From positions 106,766,001 to 106,830,000 of the forward strand of contig NC_058373.1 of the NCBI RefSeq assembly GCF_018350175.1: a stretch of 64,000 nucleotides of DNA. The letters run 5' to 3'. Under the pieces are notes generated by a model. It had not been told where the DNA came from, did not search any database, and worked only from the letters and a program-made list of their open reading frames with translations. The DNA comes from Felis catus (Eukaryota). How positions within the stretch are numbered: the first letter of the stretch is position 1; each line of letters opens with the position of its first letter. Shown piece by piece: positions 52,685-64,000 of this stretch. The translations under genes and the position numbers were made by a program.

Positions 52685-52949
52685 CATCTTTTCCACTTTG
52701 GTTTTATTTCTCAATGTTGGGTATGCAAAGTTTCAGGGTTAACCCCATGAGAGCACTCAGGAGAACTATAAACAATCACAAAGTTGCTTCAACTGTAGGA
52801 GGGCAAGTGGAATCCTGGTTAGCATACAAAGAGCTCATGTGATCTGATGAACACCAGACCCCTCAGAGTTAGGAAGTGGAAGTATTCTCGCTCTCCAGAG
52901 ACACTTTCACACTATTCCCCTTCATCCTACCCTCTTACGAAAACCTCTC

Positions 52950-53074
52950 AGGGTGCCTGGTGGCTCAGTTGGTTGAGCATCCAACTCTTGGTTTTGACTC
53001 AGGTCATGATCTCATGTGCTGTCAGTGAGAAGCCTACTTGGGATTCTCTCTCTCCCTCTCTCTCTCTCTGCCTC

Positions 53075-53118
<44 letters not shown>

Positions 53119-53140
53119 AAAATGAATAAGTGAAAAAAAC
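52950..53140 (+). mobile_element. Can-SINE (internally deleted)
   Basis: Head, long (CT)n, tail. Confidence 0.85.
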
Positions 53141-54185
53141 ACACACCTCTGCTCTTTGGTTCACACTGTACAGACATGCCCTACCCACCTTGTAATAACA
53201 CTCTGCTGATCACCTCTTTGCTTCTTGCTCCCACCAACTGAAGGAATTTCCTGTCTACATGGCTCCCACCATTACCCTTGAAGATCTCATTATGCAAGGG
53301 CATGACCTACCCAGTATCCCTACATCTCAGTTCCTTTACCTCCTGATTCCTGATTATCTCCATTCCTCCACAGCCACCCTTGGTTACACCCTGCACTTGC
53401 TACCGCCAAACATTCATCACCTCACAAATCACAGTTTCAAACATCCCATTTCTTATTCATGATCTCACCCCTCCAGCTTTCTCGCTTGGCCTTATTGAGC
53501 TTTTAGATCCATGGATCCTTGCGCCTTGGTTTTTTTGGGGTGTTTTGTTTTGTTTTTGTTTGTACTTTTGCCCTCCCTTCCCCCATACCAGCTTAGATTC
53601 CTGGGCTCATCATTATAATTACCCTGTTGCAAATATGCTAGGTTTACTCAACCTCTTCTTTCATAGAATCTGCTTACAGGCCCCCAGTCCTGGATGAACT
53701 TCACCATCCACCTCCCCTGTGTCGATGCCTGAGCAACTGAGTATTGTCACAAAAGTCAAAAAACCAATTCAGGTTAGTATCACAGTAAAATCTCAATTAC
53801 AGATTTCAGTGGGTAGGCTACATGGCCCAGCAATCTTACTTTTGTTCTCTAGAAAGTTTGAGTTCCTGTTCTTCCCAACTACTATTTCTCTGACTCCCTC
53901 AGTCTCAGAAGATCACCTGTTGCAAACATTGTTGATTTGTCCTTATTTATGAAATCCTGGTTTTGTTTCAGTGACATGGAATCACATTTGGGCTAAGCCA
54001 GCAGTTGTTAGCCTGTTATGTGAACCTTCAGGGGAACACAAAGCCTTTTCGAGGGAAGATGAGCTTTGATCCTCAATTACCTTGTGTAAATTTCTCTGCA
54101 CTGATCCACCTGAATATGTCCTGTTGGTCCTCTATTCTTACCTCCCTCTGGCAATTCCTTCTTTGACTTTATAAAAGAAACTCAT

Positions 54186-54569
54186 GGGGCGCCTGGGTGG
54201 CTCAGTTGGTGGAGCGTCCGACTTCGGCTCAGGTCATGATCTCACAGTTTGTGAGTTCGAGCCCCTTGTCAGGCTCTGTGCTGACGGCTCAGAATCTGGA
54301 GCCTGCTTCGGATTCTGTGTGTCCCTCTCTCTCTGCCCCTCCCCTGCTCATGCTCTGTCTCTCTCTCCCTGTCAAAAATAAAAATAAACGTTAAAATTTT
54401 TTTAGGGGCGCCTGGGTGCCTCAGTCGGTTGAGCGTCTGGCTTTGGCTCAGGTCATGATCTCACAGTTTGTGAGTTTGAGCCCCACGTCAGGCTCTGTGC
54501 TGACAGCTCAGAGCCTGGAGCCTATTTCAGATTGTGTGTCTCCCTCTCTCTCTGCTCCTCCTCTGTTCG

Positions 54570-54600
<31 letters not shown>

Positions 54601-54640
54601 AAAAATAAATAAACATTAAAAAATTTGAAAAAAGAAATAA
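54186..54640 (+). mobile_element. Two head-to-tail Can-SINEs inside one TSD pair
   Basis: Heads at ~54186 and ~54404; TSD aaaagaaa(c/t)tcatg at 54173-54186 and 54641-54654. Confidence 0.9.
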
Positions 54641-55849
54641 AAAAGAAATTCATGCATTTCACTGTTTTAAAGTCTTACTTTGAGACATTGTGCAGTGCTG
54701 CAAGCTCTGATGCAGTAAGTCTGAAATGTTATCAGAGAAGCTTTCTTTAATTAAGGCACCATAAACTCATGATAGGAATTCATGTCTTTATAACATGTTT
54801 CCATTAGAAGTGATGCATAAGTTTAGAAATGGGGCATTTGACCCATATCAAAATATTCTGAATTGTGATATAGAGTGTGACAGTTGGAGGGATGATAATT
54901 TTCATTTAATAACGTATAAGAAATGTTGAAGGCGGTGTACCTTGTTCTATCTGTGGCAAGATTCCAGGATTTCTCTATCTTGGATTCATGTATTCAAGAT
55001 TGTGAAAAGCATGCTGGCCAGTACCAATCTGCAGGAAAGCTAGTCTCTGAATCTTCACCATTCACAGTAGTGAAAAAGCATCAGATGAATACTTTCCTTT
55101 TATCTGTGTCTACAGATGGTCCTCAGTTGTATATTTTGTTGGATTTCAAGGAGGAAGAGGTGAAAAGTTCTATACTGACCTCTCACAGGTAAGCAATACA
55201 GCTTAGAGTAAAAGAAACATGAATCAAAGTTAATGTTATATATCTGTCCAGACTAGTAGGAAAACATCTTCACTACTATTTGCCCAAAGATTATTGAGTG
55301 TTGTAAATCCACATTCATTTTTTCCTTAAGTGAACATCTCCAACTGGCTGTCAGCATCAAACACTTACTAGTTTATTTAGACCTACCATCGTTGCACATG
55401 TTTTGGCCTATCCCAACAGAAACATGCAGTGGATTCTAGTATGCACTTCACCACCTATTGCTACACCTATTGCTACAACGTTGTACAACCCCGGAAAGCG
55501 CCATTCCTAGGCAGTCCTGTTGACAACCATCATTACTGATCCTTTGTAAGCCTGAATGTACAAGGGCCCATTATCTTCTGCTCCTCTTTCTCTCTTATTT
55601 TCTGTAAATTTGCACAAAACAGATTTAACTGTACTGTGGAAAGTAGAATTTCTATTTAGGTACAAGTTTAGGACAGTAAGTTCATTAAATGCAAATGAGG
55701 ATGTAAAGCTATCTCCATCCTCTCAGATTAAGGTATTCATTTCAAACAGTTCTAACTGCTCAGCCCTGGACTTTATGTGAAGGGAGAAAACTAAACCTTT
55801 ATTTGTTGAAGCGGCTTTTGGTTGGGTATTCTGTCATTTGCAACCAAAG

Positions 55850-57900
55850 CGTCCCAAACTGACTCGCCCTCTTAATTCATTTCTCACAGAGAATATTGCA
55901 TTCATCAGACTGTGCCTCCCAACCATCAATCCCACAGAATTTCCTGGACCCCCACACACCCTTTCTCTCCTTTTCCCACAGTGGAAGAGACGTCTTTCCT
56001 CTGAGTGAAGGCCATTCAGCCACATGTGGTTTGCCTGCCAACTGAGGACCTTGCCCTGGTAGTTACCCTCTCTGTTTCGCATCTTTAGCCTCTTACTCTG
56101 CACCCAAACTTTCCAAACAGCATTCTTCTATGTTCCACCTCAAGCAAACAACAAACAAAAAATACCTCCCTTGATGACACCAGCTCCCCTGCCTGTATTC
56201 TTTGTATTGCTCTTCTTTCCAGCCAAGCCTCGCGAGACTTACTGCACTCACCATCTCTGCTTCCTTTTCTTCTTGGACACCACCAATCTATAAAAGCAGC
56301 TCTTACAGTTGTGACAATTATGTCACTAAATCCAACAGATACTTCTCAGTCTTATATTTAACTTCTTAGCAGCATTCGACACTGTTGATTAGTGACCAGT
56401 TCTTAAACCGTTCTCATTTGTCTCCTATCAGACCACACCCTCCTGGCTTCCTGCACCCTGTGGCCATGGCATCTCAGACTCCTGTTCTGATTCCTCCTTC
56501 TCAAACTGCTTCTGAATATTGGCCCTCCTTGTGGCTCTCTCCCTGTCTTTCTCCTCTTCTTGTGCTCTGTTCTGTCAGCCCAGAATGATCTCATGTGTAT
56601 AGGCAGTTGACGTTCAAATGTGTATCTCCAGTCCGATCTTTTTGCTGAGCTCCACCTTTGCATAAGTGATTGCTAACTTGACTCTATTTGGGCGGCTCAC
56701 AGGCACCTCAGACTTATGATTTACAAAATCAGACTCTTAATCTTTACTCACTCAAATGTGCTTCCCCCTTTGGTATTGATGTAAACATCAATAAATGACA
56801 TCTTCATTTCTGCAGATGGTCTTGCTAGAATACTGAGTGCATCATCCCTGACATAGCCCTAATCCTATCTCACCTCTTTCTCCTTCAACCCCAATTTCAA
56901 TCCCAAATAAGCCATCATCAAGTCCTATCAATTTTACCTCTAAAATAACCCCTGTATCAATTCACTTCTAGTTGTTTCCACTTTAGCAACAATCTAAACC
57001 ACCAAAGACTTTTACTATAGCTTCTTACCTGGTTTTCCTTAATCTTTTCTCTAATCCGTTCTTCACAAAAGAGCCAGGCAATGACTGAAGAGATAAAGTT
57101 AATCATGTCATTTCCCATTTTGAAATAGCCCTTCAATGGCTACCCGTTGTACTTGGATAAAACTCTGCTATGTTTGTTTCTTTTTTCTTTATTTTTTGTT
57201 CAAGTATAACTAATATACAGTGTTATGTTAGTCTCAGGTGTGCAATATAATGATTCAGCAATCTTATACATTACTCAGTGCTCATCACCATAAATGTATT
57301 TATTTTTAGTATAGTTGACACACAATGTGACATTAGTTTCAGGTGTACAACATAGTGATTTGGCAAGTTTATACATTATGCTATGTTCACCACAAGTATA
57401 GCTACAATCTGTCCAGTTACATTGCTATTACAATATCACTGTATTCCTTATGGTATTTCTTTTATTCCTGTGACTTAGTGATTCCATAACTGGAAGCCTG
57501 TATCTCCCTTTCCTGTCACCCATTTTGCCCAACCTCCCACTCGCCACCCCACTTTGGCAACCATCAGTTTGTTCTCTGTAAAAAAAGTCTACTACCTTTG
57601 ATGTTGCCTATAAAGCACTACCTAATTTATCTCCCTCCTACCATCCCAATCTCATCATATGTCTCTCCACTTGGCTCACTGTGACCCAACCACATTAGCC
57701 TCTGTCTCTGCTTGACAGAGTTCCTTGAGAGTGCCAAGTTCTTTGCTATTCAAGGCCTGCTCAGTGTATAATGCTCTTTTCCAGGCTTTGCCTTCTAGTC
57801 TAAATTTAAATGTCATTTCCTCAGAAAGTCTTTTCCTAATGCCACAATCCAAGTTTTACCCCGTTCACTACTCTATCCACAATGTTTATCATCAGCCGGA
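55850..57900. mobile_element. Ancient L2 remnant, interrupted by L1 3'-end fragments (~57180-57580, minus)
   Basis: L2-like motifs (agcagcattcgacactgttga, ctcacaggcacctcagactta, cccttcaatggctacccgttg, aaatgtcatttcctcagaaagtc); L1 tails attagtttcaggtgtacaacatagtgatt. Confidence 0.6.
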
Positions 57901-58133
57901 TTACTTTTCGTACATTTTTTGCTACTTTGAACTGTCCTCCTATGAACATTTTTACATATGTATGAAGAGTTTCTCTAAGGCAGTGTTTTCAAACTGGGGG
58001 TCCTAATCTGCTGGTGGGTAGTAATAATATTTTTTTTAAAAAAGAAGAAAGAAAAATAAATAGAAGAGAATAGAATAAAATACTAGAGTACATTGCATGT
58101 AACAAGTAAATGTAAGCTTTGTTTCATTAAACT

Positions 58134-58137
<4 letters not shown>

Positions 58138-58179
<42 letters not shown>
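58138..58179. repeat. (GT)n microsatellite
   Basis: Directly visible. Confidence 0.97.
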
Positions 58180-58180
<1 letters not shown>

Positions 58181-58347
58181 GGAGTACAAGTTAAAATAGA
58201 TTTATTGTTGCAGGTCAAAGTAAAAAATGGTTAGAAAGCCACTATTCCAGGGTATATTTTAGGAATGTATATCTTGGGTCACAGTGTCCAATTATAATTT
58301 TAAACACAAATTATAGGAAATCAGAAACTCCAGTGGCAGGAAAAAAT

Positions 58348-58397
<50 letters not shown>

Positions 58398-58398
58398 T
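58348..58398. repeat. (GATA)n microsatellite
   Basis: Directly visible. Confidence 0.97.
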
Positions 58399-60554
58399 TG
58401 CACTTTGCCCTTGGTTTACTCATGCTAGTTTCCATAAACTTTGTTCACATTAACAGTATCTTTTTTAAAAAAGGGATAAATTCTTAGAATAAAATATCTT
58501 ACAGATATTATATAAGAGGTAAGTTATTTATGTAGATATCAGTGTTGTTTAAGCACACAGAGCAGTGACAGAAACCAGGAGGTCTGAAGTTTTAGCATGC
58601 ATTCTCTTTCCATAACTTTCCACATCACCAATTTACATTATGGCTAGAAATAAATCCTTCGTGTTTATTTAAACACTAAAAGTGCAGAACACGTTTATTT
58701 TATTGTGTAAAACCCTACTGGAAAAATCCTGGCTGCTTAGGATAGTAATCCCCAATCCATGGACAAAATACCACCTCCATGCGCTGTTTTCTATTCTCGG
58801 TCCCACTTGGTGCACTGCCGCCCTTTCACCCACCTTTGCCGCACAGCAGAGACCTGTAACTGTGCCAGGTTTACCAAGCCAGAGCAGACAGCTGCCTCTG
58901 TGCAGCCCTCGAAGGGAACTGAAGGACAATCTACCCTGAAGGATCCACCCAGTGCCTGACTTCCCACTGTCTGGTGTCAGCCAGAAGACCCTTGTTAAAA
59001 TCCAACTACTTTACATAGGAGGAAGTCACATTTTTAAACCATTACTTTAAAAGCAGGACCAGGACCTTGAATGAATGGGATGGAAATAAGTGGGATCCTC
59101 CAGCTGGCTGGGGTAGGAAGCAGCAATGGAACCTTTAGTGAGGAAGCAGGCTGAGTCCCCCGGCTAGATGTGGAGAAGAAGGGCTGGAGACAAACCCTTC
59201 CTACTAGCAGTTTTGCTGTGCCTCTCAATACTATCCCTGTCACTGTGGGGACGTGTTGGGAGTGCTAGGAATCAGAGCAGGCACTTCAGCTCTGTTCTAT
59301 TCAACCTCATTCACACGCTGCCTCCATTGTGAGGTTTCAGGCCTGGCCCCACGCTTGTGCTCAAACACAGTTTCCCAGAAGTCAGTATTGGGAATATAGA
59401 AACCAACCAAGTTTTGGATACCCGTCTGGTTTATGTGTCGCCCTTTTATTTCTTTTGCAATTGTCTTTAGGACTGGCCTGACCCTTCTTTTAGCCAGCTT
59501 TGTTTTTTCAATCAGCTCCAAATAGATATTCCATTTGAGTGAAACCAGTACTGCCCTGTAGCCCAAGCCAGCAATGAAAAGAGGAATGTGAGATTTCAAA
59601 AGCAATAAAAGAAAACAAAACCAGACAGAGAGCAGGTCTGTTTCTTGGGACACATCAACCTTACACCACGTTGCCGGAGTCACTTTTTATTGAAGATGAC
59701 AAACAGATAAAATCCCTCCATAGCTGATGTAAGAAAGAAGTCTTTTGGTAAGAACAGAAATAAAGAGAACTCGGGTCCTGGCTGAGATTGCTGGGCCAAG
59801 ATTCAGATGTGAAGGGGGAGTTGTGAATAGTTCCCTTACCTCTGATGTATAAGACTTGACTTGATTTTGCTCCCAGGAGCCCATGGGCTCTGACTTTGGG
59901 AGCAGGCGGCAGAGAGGCAGAGTTCCTCATCTTCAGAGTCCACAACTTCTTCTACTTCATCACTTACTCACTCACTCCCAGGCCAGGTTTTGATTAAACT
60001 CATTCACAGTGGGGTGTAAATGACAAATGTAGCTCCTTGTTTGGTTTTGACCCTTCTCCTAACAGAAATTCACAATACACATTATCATATTGGAGTATTG
60101 AGAAGTCCCACAGAGAAGGAACCTGTCTAACTTTGTTTTGTCCCCAGTGTCCCAACTTATCTGACCATGGTCTTTTTTGTGCCCTCTGAATCACATCATT
60201 TTAGAGGGAACTAGCCTTGTGAGAAACGTGTTTCTTTAGGTTAAACAAATACCTCTGTCATTCTTTCAGCCAACAGTCACGGAGGCACAGTGTATGCTGG
60301 GCACCAGTGAGTAAAACAGGCACCGTTATGAAGCTTATATTCTTTAAACAATGTATGTCTTCCCCCACCTTACTAATATAATCACTCAGGTGAGGATGTG
60401 GCTGAGCCAATGACTGAAGACATCTGAAGGAAGATACGAACCGGATGAACAGGTAGGAAGTACAAGAAGAACAAGGCTCTAGGAACAGGGAACACAGGGA
60501 CAAATATCTGGCATTAGGAGAAAGCATGGTGCCATTCAAGAAGCAGAGTGAGAG

Positions 60555-60779
60555 GGGCGCCTGGGTGGCGCAGTCGGTTAAGCGTCCGACTTCAGCCAGG
60601 TCACGATCTCACAGTCCATGAGTTCGAGCCCCGCGTCGGGCTCTGGGCTGATGGCTCAGAGCCTGGAGCCTGTTTCTGATTCTGTGTCTCCCTCTCTCTC
60701 TGCCCCTCCCCCGTTCATGCTCTGTCTCTCTCTGTCCCAAAAATAAATAAATGTTGAAAAAAAAATTAAAAAAAAAAAA
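60555..60779 (+). mobile_element. Young SINEC_Fc-like SINE with perfect 17-bp TSD
   Basis: TSD aagaagcagagtgagag at 60538-60554 and 60780-60796. Confidence 0.95.
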
Positions 60780-63700
60780 AAGAAGCAGAGTGAGAGCTTT
60801 CCCCCTGTTGGAGGTGGAGGGGGTGGAGGGGGTGGAGGCCAGATCTAGTGAGGAAGTTGGTTGGGAAAGGATTTGTTTTGGCCTGAGGGTCCTTCCCAGT
60901 GCCACTAAAATCACACCACCTCTGTGCCACTTGGCACTTGCCAGGTTCCAGGCAGAGGCTCTATCAGGTAACTGCACAACAGGCATCAATGCCCTCGTTT
61001 TCCAGAAGAGGAAACAGAGGTCAGAGAAGCATGTGACCTTCCCAAGAACATACAGTCACTTGGGTCAGAGTCAGGATTTAAACTCAAGTCTGTCTGAGTC
61101 CAAAGCCTTGTGCTAATCTAACAACGCCCTGGAGACAGCTGCCTGTACCGTCATGCATAGCCTCTCCAGAGCACCTAGTTCCTAAATGCTTCTGTGCCCT
61201 GGGGAGGGCACAGCCCGAGGATATGACACACACATGTCACATTAAGTGTTAGAGAGCACTGGAGTGGGACACCAAAAGGCACCTTTCAGGACTCAGAGTA
61301 TAATTGTGAGTGCCAAAAGTGGACACAATTTTCCATTTAATGCTTTAAAGTAGGCTGTACACCCAAGCTCAGAAAGGAAGACCAGGGTGCCCTTCGGAGG
61401 TCTTGATGCTCCCGTGGCTCTGACCCTGAAAGGTGGCAGTGGCCTTTAAATGCCCCAGGAGCAGAAGCCTTGTGTCATCTCACGGACCTCCATGCCAGTG
61501 CTGCAGACCCCAGACCCCCTCTGGGAAGCCCCAGAGCCCTTAGAGAAAGTTTTTGGTGATGTGAATATGCCTGAGGAGATTCATGGCTGCCAAAAAGTGC
61601 TTGAGGTTGGATGGTGAGGCAAGGAGGAGTTGGTTTTAGGATTTTTAGACTTAAAGCTTTATCTGATAAGTAAAACCATGTCCTCAAAAATCCCTAGGTC
61701 TGATCTACTTCCTCTCTGGACTTTCTTAAATGTACAGTGGCAGACAGGGCCAGAACCCCATGCTCCTGACATCCTCTATATCATGTAATCGTGTGTGTGC
61801 ATGCACGTGCCTGGGTGTGCACACATACACTATGCTTTCCAACTGCATACATTGTGCCTTGTACCAGCTATAACCCTAAAGTCAGTTAAATTCCAGGAAT
61901 CCTAGGGCTCCTTAAATCTAATAATGGTCCCAGTTGGAGATACCCCAATGAAATGTCATCTTTGAGGCTAGCCTTCAGGATGCTCCCTTGGGCTAGCCAT
62001 GTGAATACCCACTGGCTTCCATAGGGAGATAGTGGGAGACTCTAAAGGTGCAGCTAACTCCTGTAGATCCTACTGCCCTTCGGAACCTTGCCACCCAAAG
62101 AGGGACCTCTTTGTAGGGCACAGTCTTTCACAACAAATAGATCTGAATTTGATTCATGGTCTTGCTATGTGATCCTGGGCAAGACATTCAGCCTCAGTTT
62201 CTACATCTTAAAATGGATCTAATACCTTCCTGCTGGGACTGTTGCAATGATTAAATGAGCACATATAAATCAGCTCACAAAATCCTGGATACATGGTAAG
62301 TCCTTAATAAATGGTGGTAATTATTTCCTCAGTGACTACCAAGCAGAAGAAATCAAGGGCCCCAGATGAGTAAGCAGAAGGGTCTAGCAAAGAAAGTCTG
62401 CAGCTGTGTAATCTCTGGCTCTGGTGACCCTACCTCTACCCACTCTAACCTCCAGTTAGACCTAAGGGTTCCTGAATGGGCTGACAGGTGGTCTGGGTTA
62501 TCAGCCATCTCCCTGAGCCAGGGTGTGTCTTCAGAATTGAGGCCATGAGGGGTAGTAGATCAGGAATTATCTTCACAATAGTTCTGCCTTCATGATATTA
62601 AAAATAATTTACGCTCCCTGCATCTCACTCTTCTCATTTGTAAAATGAGAATAATGATGACACCTCTCCCACAGTGCATTTGTGCAGATTAATGAGACAA
62701 TGTAAAAAGGTGCTTTAGGGTATAGTTATGTTTTATGATGGAGACAGAGAAGTAATTGTTCATAAATTTGGCCTCTGCTGGGAAACTTCCAGTAACAATG
62801 AGTTCACAGAAAGGATCATATTATTGATCAGTTATAGCTGTTTGAAGTTTTCCCTTTACATTAAAGAGATGCCTGGTCTTCGTCTCAACCCTGACACATG
62901 GATTTCGTAGCACAAGTCCCAGATTAAATCAGAATCTCTGAGGATAGGAGCTGGGCTTATATATTCACAGGCCCACAGGTGACTGCAGGACAGGCAAGAC
63001 TGCTCACCACTGACCTAAGGATCAAGAATGACCTGGAGTTGGGGCAGAATTCTCTGGGGCTATTGATATGATCAAGTTCTATGGATGGCAAGGACAGAAC
63101 CCTACCCAGTCTGACTCAAACTCTACCCTTGGATAGGAATTTGTCTGGAACAAGAAACAATATATTAGGAAAGTCTCCAAGTGACTTATACCTTCAAGAT
63201 TTATCCAACTTAACATCCAAAATGACCAAATCTCAATGTATTCCTCTAATTGTCTCCCCTAGGTATCTCCGAAGTGTCTCAGTGGGAGCAAGAAAAATGA
63301 CCACAGCAAGGTTGGCTGAAGGGTTGGAGAGACTGAACACTGTCAGGCTTAAGGGCTGTCAAACAGTGTACTTGGAACAAAGTGCAAAGTGAGTAAGGAG
63401 ACTTCTCTACCGAACCCTACTTAACTGGTGCCTGTAAATACTTGGACTAAAACGGACACATTCTAAGGCATGAAGAAACTTTAGCCACTATTAGTTTGTA
63501 GGTACATAAGAGATTCAGCTCACAGGTCAAGAAAGTGTTTCACCATATGATGTCTTTTGTATGGTAAGCTATTTAAAGTATAGAATACAAGCAATACAAT
63601 TATAAGGAAAATTTTCTGACTTTTATTATAGCATTTTGCCTCATGCTCTTCAACATATTTATACACTTTTTAATGTTGTCATTTCATATAAAAATTTTGT

Positions 63701-64000
63701 TATGCCGCCGAGCAGATTAGGAGCTCCTTGAGGGAAGGGATTCTATCCTATGCAACCAATGTGGAATTCTGGGTGTTTGGTAAGTGCTCATCAAATACTT
63801 CATGGAACATTGAATATTGTGGACCTTGTACTTTATGCTCCTAACTCCAGGTCCAAGATAGGGCTGGCTTCTGCGGAAAGTACCACCCCTGTACCTTATG
63901 TCAGACTATGACAAAATATCCCTGGGAAGCCCCCAGAAGTTTGTCTGGTTGCTTTCTGTTGTTGCCATCACTTGAGTGACATGTGGGTCTCCAGAGAGAG

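Noticed and set aside
58661..58676. Small palindrome GTGTTTA-TT-TAAACAC (paired forkhead-like sites)
   Set aside because: A 7-bp-arm inverted repeat is expected by chance in 64 kb of AT-rich DNA; no independent support.
46113..64000. A second gene (from recalled human synteny, PPM1A would be next upstream of DHRS7)
   Set aside because: No CpG island, recognisable exon or convincing ORF in this interval; any neighbour lies beyond the window. Non-coding exons cannot be excluded by eye.

Overview
Mammalian (felid) genomic DNA, not prokaryotic. About 34 tRNA-derived Can-SINE copies, including near-consensus cat-type SINEC_Fc-like copies, plus carnivore/felid L1s point to a cat-family genome. The only supportable gene content is coding exon 1 of DHRS7 on the minus strand (ATG at 5732, GT donor after 5600, 133 nt) inside a CpG-island promoter. 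Positions 1-5599 are intron 1, and exon 2 lies left of the window. The remaining ~58 kb is upstream intergenic DNA dominated by SINEs, L1, L2, L3/CR1, MIR, LTR and DNA-transposon relics and microsatellites. I found no novel protein-coding system. The most interesting signals are structural: (i) a three-level nested insertion with three TSD pairs, in which the young L1 carries a ~350-bp 3' transduction; (ii) a near-full-length L1 whose probable TSDs also enclose a ~310-bp transduced, internally duplicated tail; (iii) an 80-bp tandem duplication in DHRS7 intron 1 that doubles an E-box/ETS/kB-like motif cluster; (iv) an unexplained ~385-bp insert inside an L1 3' end; (v) an isolated strong CTCF motif. 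Repeat family names come from recalled consensus sequences, not from a database search, and repeat boundaries are approximate unless TSDs are quoted.
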